DNA of 64,000 bases from Hemiscyllium ocellatum. Its lineage: Eukaryota. Position numbers and translations under genes: made by a program. Under the pieces are notes generated by a model. The model did not search any database. It was not told the origin of the DNA and saw only the letters and a program-made list of their open reading frames with translations. This document shows positions 11,827 to 25,566 of the stretch, in pieces. The stretch spans positions 24,572,068 to 24,636,067 of the forward strand of contig NC_083438.1 in the NCBI RefSeq assembly GCF_020745735.1, written 5' to 3'. Numbering within the stretch: the first letter of the stretch is position 1; every line of letters starts with the position of its first letter.

Positions 11827-12871
11827 ATCTGGGCCCCAAGAATGTTGAAGTTGCTACCTAGAGATATGCGAAACAAATTTGTCAGCTGAATCATCATCTG
11901 CACACATTGAAATAATGACCAGAGCATAATCTATTTAAATAATATAATAGGTGCTCGTATTTTATTGGAAAGTAGGAAGCCATTTAACTGATGTATTATA
12001 ACATACCATTGAACAAACACCAGATACTGTTTTGCCCACCCGGTGTTTTGCCCACAACAGTTTCTTGTGACTGAAAATTCCCCCGACTCACTAACCTCTG
12101 GATAGGAACATCATCCTCCTCCTGATCAGTCCTAAATGGCCTGCCCTACATCCTATGCTGTGAGCTTCTTGTTCTGGAATTTATAACCACAGAGGTTCTT
12201 TCTTTTTATCGGCTCTCTTTAATTATACTAGAAATTTATAGATTTCTATGAGATTTCTATGAGATCCTCCACTCATTCCTCCAAACTTCGATGAAGACAG
12301 TATTAACAGAGCCAATATTTCTTCATACATCAGGATTGACATTCCACGTCTCAGTCTGATAAACCTTCATTGTTCTCCTTCAAAGGTCAGTACATCCTTC
12401 CTCAAATACTCTGATGTATTGTTACAAATAATTAATGATGCTCATGCTGAAAGGACAAATAGTAGAGTGGTGGAGATGCTGAGGAAGGGAGTTCCAGAGC
12501 CGTGATCATCAACTATGGAGAATACGCTCATCAGCATTGCAACAAAAGAATTGCTCATTCGCAAATGTTAAAATAAGCGTCACGTAACTTTCCTGTTCCG
12601 ATATAGAGATGTAAAAGCTTTTATAGACCAAAGTGGATGGGAATTTTGCATATTCAAAACAAACTATCAGAAATTTAATTGTGACACCGTTCTCCAGCAC
12701 GCTTAACTGCAGTTACACATAATGAATAAATTGACTTCATGTGATTTAGGCTATGGACAAAGGAAATTTGGGTGAGATTAAGTCCCGTAATCGTGAAGGT
12801 CGCAGCCTGATGATACCAGCATTGAAACAGTGATACTTCACAGTAAAACATGGAAATTCAGCCATGACGGC

Positions 12872-13502
12872 TGTGATAATGCTGTTCTTTTAACAAGGTG
12901 ATGTTGTCCTTGGTTTCTTTCTCAGAGATCATAAAAGACACAGACTCTGAGAAGTCTAAGTTGAAGGGTTTTAGGGCCAATTTGATTACAGCTAATAGAT
13001 ACTGCCTTTTAAGGCAAAAAGCTTTTAAGTTAAAAAACAAACTTGTACAATGAAAAGGGAGTGGCCAGTACTTCCGACTCAGCTACTCACTGGTTCGGTT
13101 TTTAATTGTAACAGTCCTGTTGTGAAGCTGCTGTACCAAAAGAAGAAGGTACTGGCTGATACTCTCTCTCTGTCTGACATCTCTCCTGTATAGCCCTGTG
13201 TTTGACATTATATTTTGTACAAAATGGTGCTTGTGGGCATTGTTGCCAGCAGTTGAAACAGCGTTATTAATTTGGGGTAATGTGTTGGGCTTTTGGATCG
13301 TTTAAGTTATTCAGTATTCTGTTCACTTTTGTTTGTGTTTCATTTGGTCATCTTGGAAATAAATTCTGTACTGTTTAAAACTACGTGGTTTTTTCAACTG
13401 CATCCTTCCTGGAATATTCACGTTACTTAAAAGAATTAGCAAAGTTAGGGTCTGGGCTACTTTCTTCAAATGTTTTGAGGGGGGCTGGGTTGGTCCATAA
13501 CA
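12872..13502 (+). mobile_element. Candidate solo LTR in the A intron (copy 42388-42993)
   Basis: TGT...ACA termini, AATAAA near 13358, about 630 bp; target-site duplication imperfect (cggc/ctgc). Confidence 0.45.
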
Positions 13503-15595
13503 CTGCTGAAGATCCTTGTTTTTAAAACTTCCTCACTCATTATTCTATACCTGTGTAGCCTTTCAATTGACCAATATTGCATCAATTTGTTATTTCTGCT
13601 CTTTCTCAAACCATTCTTAACTACACCATTTGCTAATTGCATTTCTTTGACTTCTGAAAACTTATTTTTTGTTCAGGCATTTAATGAGATGAATTTCCGT
13701 TCTCGTTCTTGACCATGTTAATCCTTTAGCAATCAATTTAAATGTACTTTGGATTTCCTGTGAGTATATCATGAACTGAGACTTCATTCTTGAATTCTCC
13801 TTTTCATTTCCACGTTGGAACAACTTGCAGAAGTAATATTTAATTAATGTATTTGCTGGGCTCTACATACGTTAGCCCATTAGTAATTCACAGATTATGT
13901 CTTTCCAGTGAATGTACAATCTGTAACTATCTTTTCCATGGTGGCTTTTTATAATTCCACTTGTGTCATCTCGTGTCTAGATTTTAATTGACATACCGAC
14001 ATCACTTTGGATGCTTGCATCAAAAGTGGGCTGCGTGCTCCTAATCATGGTTCTCTACACATATATATCTGAAACATTGACCCATGAAGTTCTGATATCA
14101 AACTGAGAACAGGTAAGGGGAAAAAAACAACAAGCCAATGAATTCGACCAGCTGCTACACTGAACGGATATCCAATTTTTCCACACTAATTTTCTATGCA
14201 TTTGAACGAGCTGACCAATTGATATACCAATTGTGTAGAGTAATCACTGATTGATCACATTAGCATATGCAGGAGACAACTAAATTGTATTTTGAACTGT
14301 TCTGATATTACCCGCCTTTTTGACAATTCATGACTTAGCTTGTTGGCGATTATCATTTTGTTCTCAGTAAAGTGCAGTCTCTCCCAAAGTATCAACTTTG
14401 TGGCTTCGACAGCTGCTGTGCACTGGCATTTAACATTTTTGTTATATTGAAACAGCCTTATAAAACATGTATCCTATTCAAATCCTTGCTCATCAATCTG
14501 ACATGAGTTCACAGTCATAACAAAACAATTGCTTTGCTTGATAGTTCAATTAACCTTCCCAAACCACTCCTTTGTATGCTTTGATTTGATTTTCTGAATG
14601 AAGTTGCAGATGATAAGTTGCATTCCAGAAGCAACTATTGTTGCTTCATCTCCATCTTCTGAAATGAGATGTACGATGGGCATTTAGTTTTCAGGTTCTG
14701 TTGGCCTTTATATTATTATATTATTATCAAGATAAAAATTGATAACATTTTTGCATTATGTTACGAAAATATACTGCTTTGTTTAACTTTATGGAATGTA
14801 AATGAATTAAAAATGCTGACTAAATAATAATTAGGAGAAAGTGAGGACTGTAGATGCTGAAGATATGAGCTGAAAATGTGTTGCTGGAAAAGCGCAGCAG
14901 GTCAGGCAGCATCTAAGGAACAGGAGAATCGACGTTTCGGGCATGACAAATTTAAAGTCGTTGTTCAATTCATCAACTCATAAATGTAGCATGACTGAAA
15001 AATTACCTTCAGAGCTGACAGCAGTTTAACAGTAACAATCAGAATGATGCAGAGAGGAGAACCAATGCAAGTGCATGGGTTTGCTCTTTCATTCCATCTA
15101 TTTCACTTCTGTTTGAATTTTTGCTTTATGAAATGGACAGAAATAAACCGTTAGGACAGAAAAACGGACAGTGATGCATTTAGATAGTCTGTAATATCTC
15201 GCCAAAGTGGCGAGGATATTCAAGGTATGATATTCTTCCCTACAATCGGATATTAATAACGGTATGCACCCCTTGGAAGTCTAAAGCAAGATAGATCAAC
15301 ATTCAAATGTAAAATGAAGCACCGTGCACACGATTCATTATCTTTAACTGACTAAATATATTTCATGGGGGACGAATTGAAAGAAAAGTTATTCACTGAA
15401 GCAGAAAAGAATATTTGAACAAAATATTTTAACTAAGTAACACAAATGATGCTTGTTTTCCCAAAGCCTAATTGCCACCGTTTATGTGACGATTTTGCAA
15501 ACACATTAACTTCGGGAAATTATACTACAGAGGTGCAGCAAGTACAATGAGATAGTCACACACAGTTTTACACAATTCTCGAGATTGCACATTAC

Positions 15596-15665
15596 CTGGG
15601 ATACCCACAGCAGCAAGAATTGGATAGTAAATTGCATACACTAGACCAGATGGTGGTTCATGCAT
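15596..15665 (-). CDS. Intact coding exon 1 MHEPPSGLVYAIYYPILAAVGIP(G), probable first exon of GPCR A copy 1 (11.6 kb intron); extra in-frame ATG at 15671
   Basis: ATG...CCA G|gtaatg; 70 nt gives phase 1, matching exon 2; supplies the missing first half of TM1; TATA at 15721-15729. The pairing with exon 2A is inferred. Confidence 0.72.
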
Positions 15666-15720
15666 GTTCATTCAGATGTAATAATCTGTCAGCAACCACA
15701 AAACGATAGGCTGGTGAAAT

Positions 15721-15729
15721 CTTTATATA
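15721..15729 (-). promoter_or_regulatory. Putative TATA box of the intact A-associated cassette (copy 2 at 45227-45237)
   Basis: TATATAAAG about 55 nt upstream of the ATG; same position in paralogous cassettes. Confidence 0.65.
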
Positions 15730-18631
15730 CAATCTAAAAACCATAAGGGGCACTATTTGTCAACAGTTCGAGATATCAGTACCAATTATTTTTAACTATT
15801 GTTGAGCAAATTGCTGTCATGCTATTCTTAGGATTGTGTTGCTCCACTGCTGACAATCACAGAAAAGGAAACAAACCAAAAATAAATCCCTCACTAGTCA
15901 TTATTCAGCTGAATAAATTCGCATTATACAGTAAACAAATGAAAAACGAAAACTCTCCTGTGTAAACTTTATTCAGGTATTTCCCACACCTCTCGAATAT
16001 TTCATGCAGACCAATGGACAAATTGCACTCCTTTTTGAGGAGAAGTCTGTATTGATTATTATTATTTTCTTAACGAATGCAACAGTCCTCAATCCGATCA
16101 CACTATTGAATAACTGTTTTGCCTATATTCAGTAGCAGCCCACTGCACTTTTTCAATGCCAAAGCAGCTGTTTTTTTTTTAAATATAACTCCTACTCTCT
16201 CAGTCTTGCCCATTACTGAGGCATAATTACCCTGTGACGCTCCAATTTGTCCATCTCTAATGAGGGAGTCTGATGTTACCCTGTCAATGTAATAAAATAA
16301 TTCTGAGAACGATATTGCACTGATTAAATTTCAACTGGCAACATCAAACCAGAACGTCTCAACTGCATCTAATAGGCTAGAGTAAGATGTTACACTGTGT
16401 AAAAATATAATTCTGTATCATGACCTATAGCGACATTTACACAGGTCACTCTAAAAGAATTGTTATTGTGAAAACATAATGAAATAATGAGAGTAACTTC
16501 TTTGTAGAAACTTTCACAGAACCATAACTTACAGCATCGTTTATAAAGCAGAAAGAAAGTGTTGAGAGAAAGGAATTTCTTTAAATTTATACAGAGATCA
16601 AGCCTTAATTAGTCTCAGTGAAACTATATGAAGCGACACTTGTTGAAATTAGAGAATTCCAAACAAATGTCAGTGTCACTGTTATTCGAGAGGATACTCA
16701 AAATCTTCGACTTAGCGTTTCTTCCTTTTTGTGACAGACAACACAGGGAGTGGGCTCAGGCTTTACTTCATCAAACCCACTTTAGTTAAGTTGGTAACTG
16801 CCAAAACTCAATGTAAGCATGCATTTGTTGCAACATTTACTTCTTTACATCTAAACAACTCCCATATATTGACACCAAGTCATAAACGGCCAAATTGCAT
16901 GCTCCATATCACATAATATGATGCCAGTGTGTTGAAGAGATTCATAGCATCATCTGCCTTTTCTAGTCAATACAGGAACCTGCAGGCCATAACTGACAGG
17001 ACAAATCATAGCATGTCCTGGCTGCAGAGTTATTTGAGGTCAAGGTTTAACCAACTTGACCAAAGCTCCCGTCATGCTTCATAATTTTTCTTAATTAGTC
17101 TCAACGCTGTTTCTGCTCCCATCCACCTGACCACAGTCCTTCCTCTTGATCTTGGAGTTCCAAGCGAAATGGATCGCAACCATGACCTAGTTCGAAGAAA
17201 AACCAAGTGTTAGCATATGATCAATATTATAATCTGACAAGTAGTTAACTTCTTGCACACAGAACATCAATTTCATCTTTACTTCTCATATTTATCTCTC
17301 TTTTCTATTTAACAAATTGAACTGTAAAATTATTAAACTACATAATATTTTTAACCCTGGAACATATGCTAAGGATGAACCAAGAATGTATCTGTATATA
17401 TTTACAAAACAGTAGAATCAGCCCTTTGAGGCGATGTCCTACAACTAGGCCTCTCTTCACCATTTTAAACACTATCCCAAGTTACGCATTTAAAGCTGTC
17501 TTTCCCATCTTGTACATATGTTTTACTCCAAGTCCCAAAATGTGCACAAAATAAATTTGATCATGTAAAACGACTCTAATCTGCATCAGACTGAACCTCA
17601 ACTATATCACAATGGGGGTTATTGTAACATCCAACAAACAAACTCCTACACATTGATATTGACACCTGATGATTATTGATGCATCAAATTCAACATTCAA
17701 GGGTCCATGTCCACAAGGAGTGAATATTGTGGAGTCAACCATAGATCACCCACATGCTTAAAGCAAAACACCATTGTCAACAATTGTGCGCCAATCATCA
17801 AACCAAGAAGAATCATTTCAATGATGAACTCCATCTTCAATCGCCCTATAATAGAATCAAGATAGTACTTTGTGGTATGTACTGTTTACAAACTATTACT
17901 TATTTATACTATTTATTTACCAGGCACAGTCGATAAACAACCTTTACAAACATGAGGGCATATTAATATAATTTTTCTGATATTTGTGAAGAATGAGAAT
18001 AATGATGAATAGCATTCAGATAAAAAGCATCTTGATGCGACAAGATTTCCTAGAAGAAGTGGTAGTTATATGTTTGGGCAAACATCAGAAAGAGAAATCT
18101 GGAGCTCTTTGAGTACTAGGAATTATGTCATCATGCAAAATTTGTGCAACAGCTTGATCAACAACTTTCAATGTATCATTCTTCAATCTACTTCCCTCTT
18201 CTAGAATCTGAACACCAATCAACTCGTAACCTGTTCTCATATTGACCTCTGCGAACCTCATTAAACAATTTTGATTATCTTGTGACCAAAGGACTTGTCT
18301 GGACCCCTGTGGCTCATTTAATAAATTTTAAATTCTGAAACAACCTAAGTGTGCTGTTCAGTCCACTGCCAAAGAACATTTTTCTTCCAAAGATCTGATA
18401 ATGAAGATGCTTTGGTAGAAAAACCACCAGCAATAGCCCACGAATCCCAAAAAAAGAAGATCAAAGGGAATTTTCGTCTGAAGATTAATTTTCATCTGCA
18501 AAATGGATCCAATGTGTCTTGTTCAATTTCACACTTCCTTTGGCTTACCACAGAATCGTAGTACACCATCGGTGTTTCCAGTGAGATGATGGTGCAGTAG
18601 GGTTTCTGAGCCTGGGGCTTCTCTGCTCCAC

Positions 18632-19326
18632 CTTCCCAGACATACTCCCTGAATTGCTGTGCAAGTTGGCATGATGTCTCCTCAATGTAGAGGAGACCAC
18701 CTCGACAGCAGTGGATGCAGTAGATGAGGTAGGTGGATGAGCAGTATAATCTCTGCCAGATGTGAAAAGATCCTTTGGGTCCTTAGATGGAAGCGACGGG
18801 GACGGTGTGGGTGCAGGTTTTGCACCTTGTGTGGTGTCAAAAGAAGGTGGCAGGTATGGAGGGTGGTTTTGTGGAATGTGTGGAACTAACAAGGGAGTCA
18901 TGGAGGAAATGGTCTCTATGGAGCGCAGATATAGGTGGGATGTGATATACATCTTTAGTGGTGTGGTTTGACTGTAGGTGGTGGAAATCGAGGAGGATAC
19001 CGCACTGAATATGGAAATTAGTGGGATGGAAGGTTTAGAGCAGGGGGATTCTATTCTTGTTGTTGTTGAAGGGATGGGGTTCGAGGATGGAGGTGCAGGA
19101 AGTGGAGGAAATGCACTGGAGGACATTGTTGATCACGTGGGAGGGGAAACTGCAGTCCTTGAAGCAAGAGGGAATCTGGGATCTCCTGAAGTGGAATTGC
19201 TCCTCCTGGGAGCAGTTATGGCCGAAGTGGAGGTATTTGGAGGACTGGATGCATTCTTACAGAGGAGTTGGAGGAGGTGTAGTCACCGTCGTGGAGAGAG
19301 TCCGTGGACAATTATAGTGATCAGTT
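18632..19326 (-). mobile_element. Penelope-like element remnant: RT thumb, linker and GIY-YIG endonuclease (copy ~48436-49131)
   Basis: Degenerate TDS..DYTSS, NKNRIPL..TFHPTN, RDHSLHDSL, CKTC and IYCIHC..GLLYI.ET motifs. Confidence 0.85.
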
Positions 19327-19327
19327 G

Positions 19328-22300
19328 TAGGACTCAAAGGTCGTGATCTCGGGATTTCTACCAGTGCCATGTGCAAGCCAGGGTAGAAATGAAATAATCG
19401 GCAGGATGAGCACGTAGCTTGAGGGATGGTGTAGGAGGGAGGGGTTCAGATTTGTGGAACCATGGGACCGGTTCTGGGGAAGGTAGAACTATTACAAATT
19501 GAACCAGACTGGAACGAAGTGCCCTTGGGGGAGTTTTTGTTACTGCTGTTGGGGAGGTTTTAAAGTAATGTGGTGGGTGCTGGGAATCAGAAGAGAAGAC
19601 TACTAGACAGTGAGATGGAAACTGGAGATGATAAGAATCAGGAAGTTAGCATTACCAAGGGGAAGAGTAGGTAGACAGCAGATGAATACAAAAGAACTGG
19701 TGGCCTGAAATGCATATACTTTAATGCAAGGTGTGTAGTGGGTATGTCAGATGAATTTAGGGCTTGGATTGGTGCCTGGGAGTATGACGCTATTGCGATC
19801 ACAAGAGACTTGGTTGAAGCAAGGACATGGAGGGCAGGGAGGAAAGTAAAAGTGGGAGAGGAGTTGCATTGCTGGTCAGGGATAATAACACGGCTGTGCT
19901 CAAGGAGGACACGATGGGGGCTTGAGCAGTGAGGCATTATGGGTAGAGCTGATAAATAAGAAGGATGCAGTTACATTGGTGGGGCTGTATTACACGCCTC
20001 CCAACCGTGAGTGTGAGGGAGAAGAACAAACAGGATATGGAATGGTGTAGAGGCAACAGGGTGGTGGTGATGGGAGATTTTAATTTTCCCAACGATTATT
20101 GGGATACACTTAGTGTCAGAGAAGTGGATGGGGCAGAATTTATTAGGAGCGTCCAGGGGTTTTCTAGAGCAGTTTGTCAATAGTCCGGCAAGGGAAAGGG
20201 GCTATATTGGACCTGGTGTTGGGGAATGATCCTGATCAGGTCGTAGAAGTTGCAGTGGGAGATTTCTTTGGGAATAGTGACCGCAATTCTGTAAGTTTTA
20301 GAATACTCATAGACTAAGATATGAATGGTGCTAAGGGGCAAGCACTAAACTGGGCCAAGGCCAATTATATCAAAATTAGGCAGGAGCTGAGAAATGTGGA
20401 TTGGACACAGCTATTTGAAGGAAAGCTCACATTTGATATGCGTGGGGCTTTCAAAGATAGGCATGTCCCTTTGAAAACAAGGGATAGTAAAGGCAAGATT
20501 CGTGAACCGTGGGTAAAGGAGAGATCGTGCGACTAGCCAAGAGGGAAAGGGAAGCATACATAAAGTCCAGGCAGATAAGAAGAAAATGGGCCTTGGCGGA
20601 ATATCGGGAGAGTAGGACCAATTTTCAATGAGGAATCAAGTGGGATGAAAGGGGTCATGAAATAACTTTATTGTGCAGAATGAAGGAGAATCCGAAGGTC
20701 TTTTATGCTTATATAAGAATCAAGAAGGTAACCAGAGAAAGGGTTGGCCCACCAAAGGGTAAGGAAGAAGCTTGTGTGTCGAACCTAAGAAAATGGGTGA
20801 GATTCTCAATGATTACTTTGCATCAGTGTTCACTGAGGAACGGGAGGTGATGAATGCTGAGATTAGAGATAGAAGTTTGTTTACCCTGGACCACATCAAA
20901 TAAGGAGGGAAGATGTGTTGGACAGGCTAAAGGATATCAAGGTGATCAACTCCCCAGGACTGGATGGGATCTATCCCAGGTTGCTGAGGGAGGCTAGCAA
21001 GGAAATAGCTGGAGCCCTGACAGATATCTTTGCAGCATTCTTGTACACAGGTGAAGTGCCGGAGGACTGGAGGGTTGCTCATGTTGTCCCCTGTATATGA
21101 AGAGTAGTAGGGATATTCCAGAAAACTACAGACCAGTGAGCCTGATGTCAGTGGTGGGAAAATTGTGGCAGAAGGTACTAAGCGATACAATCTTTTTATA
21201 GTTGGAAAAGAATGGGCTGATCAGTGAAAGGCAACATGGTTTTGTGCGTAGGAGACCGAGCCTTTCCAACTTAATAGAGTTCTTTCAGGAAGTGACTAAG
21301 TTGACAGATGAAGGAAGGGCTGTTGATGCAATATACTTGGACTTCAGAAAGGCTTTTGATAAGGTCACCTGTGGTGAACTAATGGAGAAAATGCAGTCAC
21401 ATGGTGTGCAAGGTGTTCCAGCTAGGTGGATAAAGAACTGGTTGAGCAACAGTAGACAGAAAGTCCTAGTTGAAGGGAGTTTCTCAAAATCAAGAAAGAT
21501 GACCAGTGGTGTTCCACAGGGACCATTGCTAGGGACACTGTCATTTGTAATATACACCAATGATCTGGAAGAGGGCATTGTTCGTCTGATCAGAAAGCTT
21601 GCAGATGAGACAAAGATTGGTGGAGGAGCAGAAAGCAGAGGGGATTGACAAAGAATACAGGAGAGTATAGACAGACTGGAGAGTTGGGTGGAGAAGTGGA
21701 AGATGGAGTTCAATCCAGGCAAATGTGAGGTGATGCATTTTGGGAAGTCTAATTCTAGAGCAGACTATACTGTAAACGGAACAGCCTTGGGAAAAGTTGA
21801 TGAGCAGAGAGATCTGGGAGTTCAGGTCCAGTGTACCCAGAAGGTGACTGCACAGATGGATAGAGTGGTCAAGAAGGCATATGGTATGCCTGCCTTCATT
21901 GAGTATAAGAGCTCAATAAAATGATAAAATTGTACAAGACATTGATTCGGCCGCATTTAGAATACTGCGTACAGTTCTGGTCGCCACATTACCAAAAGGA
22001 TATTGATGCTTTGGAGAGGGTGCAGAGAAGGTTTACAAGGATGCTGCCTGGTATGGAAGGTGTTAGCTATAAAGAGAGGTTGAGTAGGTTAGAAGTGTTT
22101 TCATGAGAAAAAATGAGATTGCGGGGGTACCTGATTGATGTTTGCAAAATCATGAAGAGTAGATAGAGATAAGCTTTTTCTCAGGGTGATAGATTCAATA
22201 ATGAGACATCACGCGTTCAAGGTGAGAGGTGAAAAGTTTAAGGGGGATATACGCAGCAAGTACTTTACACAGAGGGTAGTGGGCAGCTGGAGTGTGTTGC

Positions 22301-22500
22301 CAGCAGATGTAGCAGATGCAGGTACAGCAGATTCATTTAAGGTGCATCTGGACAGATACATAAGTAGGTGGGGAGAGCAGAGGGATACAGATGCTTAGGA
22401 ATTGAATGATTATTTTAGACAGTGGATTTGGATTGGCTCAGGCTTGGAGGGCCGAATGACCTATTCCTGGGCTGTAAACTTTCTTTGATCTTTATTCTTT
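19328..22500 (+). mobile_element. Degenerate CR1-clade LINE: ORF1 esterase end, APE endonuclease, RT and 3' tail (copy 49132-52340)
   Basis: CIYFNAR, MGDFNFP, YLDFRKAFDKV, SGVPQG, LADETK and PHLEYCVQFWSP fragments with stops and frameshifts; TTCTTT tail. Confidence 0.93.
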
Positions 22501-22627
22501 GTACACTACAAAGAGGCAGGCATAGCTGGCACTCATATGGGTGTTCGTGGCTACCTCTCTGGTCTGATGGAAGTGGCTGGATTCGAAGGAGAAATTGTTG
22601 AGGTTGAGGACTAGTTCTGCCAACCTG
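22501..22627 (-). mobile_element. Penelope-like RT fragment, the same element continuing on the far side of the CR1 (copy 52342-52468)
   Basis: RLAELVLNLNNFSFESSHFHQTREVA...SYA resembles the PLE RT GVAMG region. Confidence 0.8.
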
Positions 22628-23984
22628 TAGGTCACAGCTTACAGGACAGGTTGCAACATTGTGGCTGCCGGTCAGAGTTTACTGTAGCCTGACCAAAGTT
22701 GCCAGCATTTTTGATTGCATCTCTTAATTAATCTTCTTGCAATATCTGCTATTAGCCACCTGACCACGATGACATTGGATCAATGGTTCTCCTGTGTTGG
22801 AATTTTCCAATCAGGGCGGTGTTAACAGCGTTTCTCTGAATCATCTCAATTGTGCATTGAAACAATGACAAGGATGCAGCTTTGCAATGTTACAAATGTT
22901 GTGATGTTACTGACCACTCGAAAACTATTTCAAAGCGAACAATGACAAACTAAATAAATAATTTGCAGGTATTTCTTTCTCTTGTTTCACTTTGTCTCCA
23001 TCTTAAGCTATGTTGCAAATATCAGTATTTAAACCACACAACTGAATAAGCTTCATGATTTTCCTTGAGTAACCGGCAATTGTCACAAAATTGCCCAGTT
23101 CACTTTCTGTTCTGATGTTGCTAAATTTCTTCCAAGCACCTTTTCAGAGATTAACTATATTGCCTCTAGAATCCACAATAGAAAACTGAATGAATTTGAC
23201 TGTCATATTCATTTTCTTTCTGCTGAGTATATTTATTGTCGTCAAAATAACATGTTTCAAAATATTGGATTTGATATAAACTTATATCAAGTGTTTTGAA
23301 GATGTACTGCTTGCATGATACAACCAAGGACTTCTCCAGTTAGCACTGCAAACAGATTTTAACTGCTACTGTAGCATGCACTTAAAAAGTAAAGTGATGA
23401 AAACTAGTGAGCAAACATTTTGGGGAAAATTTAATTTTCTTAATATCAGCATGGAGATGTCCGTGCAGCAGCTGTATGAGGATGGCTTAGCAGTCTGTTT
23501 TCATGGAAACCATCAAGCAGATGTTATATCCTCGATTCCAAACACGGATAGAATCATGACTTGACTTGTTGGACATAATGTCTCCCGTAGTTATGTTTGA
23601 GTTATTAAATCATTGTCCAGCATGGTTGTTATCAGACTCTGCAATATGTTCAGCTGTTGCGTGATAGATCAAGAATCCATGAAGCCAAAAGTGACCTTAT
23701 GCTTGTGCATATTTGTTCTCCTTTGATGAACGTCCAGCAGTAAACCAGAAAATATTTTAACGTGTGGGATGATAAATGTCACATTACATTTCCCTGTACA
23801 GGTGCCAAACAATTACAATATTTAACCATGGAAAATGGTATGATGTTTAATAGGACAAAAAAAAACTCACTGAATTTCACATTGGCTCCCTAACTTGCCA
23901 CCTTCTGAAAACTATATGTCAGATGTGTGCTGGAGTAGTTGCCAATGCCCTGAATAGGTTCAAGGCGTTCAATAAATTTCTGCA

Positions 23985-25566
23985 TGGTAGACGAGTTAAC
24001 AAGGTTAGATCACATGGGATCGAGAGAGAACTTGGCACTTGGGTAGACGATTGGTTTGAAGGTAGGAGACAGCGGATTTCTTTTTGCATTGGAGGCCTGT
24101 GATTAGCGATGTACCAGAAGGAATGGAGCTGGGTCTACATTTCTTATCATTTATATAAATGATTTGGCTGTGAATGTGAGAAGTATGGTTAGTAAGATTA
24201 CAGATGAAATCAAAAGTTACTTTCGACGACAACAGGGCCATAATCAGATAGGCCAATTGACTGAGAAGAGGCAGGTGGAGTTTAATCTTGATAAATTTGA
24301 AATGTTACATTTTGGGAGGGCAAATCTGGTTGGGACTTATATGTTTAAAAAGATTGCCCTGGGGAGTGTTGCTGAAGTGCCGGATCATATTTCCTTGAAT
24401 GGGGAGATACAGGTCGAAAGGATAGTGAAGAAGGCATTTGGTCGGCTTACTTTTATTGATCAGTGCATTGAGTATAGGAGCTGGGAAGTCACTATGCGGG
24501 CAATTGCATTGGTTTGGCCTCTTTTTGGAATACTAGATTCAATTTTGGTCTTCCTATTGTAGGAAAAACGTTTTGAAACTTCAAAGGGTTCAGAAAAGAT
24601 TTGCAATGATGCTGCTAGGGTTGGAAGGTTTAAGACCATAAGACTATAAGACATAGGAGTGGAAGAAAGGCCATTCGGTCCATCGAGTCCACTCCGCCAT
24701 TCGATCATGGCTGATGTGCATTTCAACTCCACTTACCAGCATTCTTCCCGCAGCTCTTAATTCCTTGTGACATCAAGAATTTATCAATATCTGCCTTGAA
24801 GAAATTTAGCGTCCCGGCCTACACTGCACTCTGCGGCAATGAATTCCACAGCCCCAGCACTCTCTGGCTGAAGAAATGTCTCCGCATTTCTGTTCTAAAT
24901 TTACCTCCTCTAATTCTAAGCTGTGTACACAGGTCCCAGTCTCCTCGCATAACGGAAACGATTTCTCAGCCTCCACCCTTTCCAAGCCATGTATCATCTT
25001 GTAAGTTTTTATTAAATCTCCCCTTAATGTTCTAAACTCCAATGAATACAATCCCAGGATCCTCAGCCATTTCCCGTATGTTAGACCTACCATTCCAGGG
25101 ATCACCGTGTGAATCTCTGCTGGAGATTGAGCTATACGGAGAAACTGAACAGGTTAGGGCAATTTTCTCTGGAAGGTTGGAAGCCAAGGGGTGACCTTAT
25201 AGAAGTTTATATCATCATGAGGGGCATGGGTAGGGTGACTGGCCAATGTATCTTTCCCAGGGTAGGGGAGCCCTAAACTAGAGGACATGTGTTTATGTTG
25301 AGAAGGGAAAGGATTAAAAGGGACATAAGTGACAACCTTTTTAAATAGAGTGTGGTGCATTTTTGGAATTATTGCCTGGGGAAATGGTAGAGGTTGGTAC
25401 AAGTACAAAATGTAAGAGATAAATGGATGCATGCATTAATCGCAAGGGTGTAAAGGGATATTGGCCAAATGCTGACAAATGGGACAAAATTAATTTAGGG
25501 TACGTATTTAAAATACATGAGTTGTATCGAAGGTTGTATTTTCCATGTTAATGATCTGTATGACTG
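23985..25566 (+). mobile_element. Old CR1/HER1-like LINE 3' part (copy ~53820-55400)
   Basis: Degenerate RT/C-terminus: EFNLDKFEMLHFGR, IVKKAFG, IEYRSWEV. Confidence 0.85.
24635..25124 (-). mobile_element. Younger LINE 3' fragment nested antisense in the old LINE (copy ~54465-54958)
   Basis: (CATAAGA)n tail; LGLYSLEFR.LRGDLI; host LINE resumes after 25124. Confidence 0.85.

Noticed and set aside
18545-19346. 193-aa Ser/Pro/Thr-rich ORF and overlapping ORFs
   Set aside because: Off-frame or antisense readings of the degenerate Penelope element
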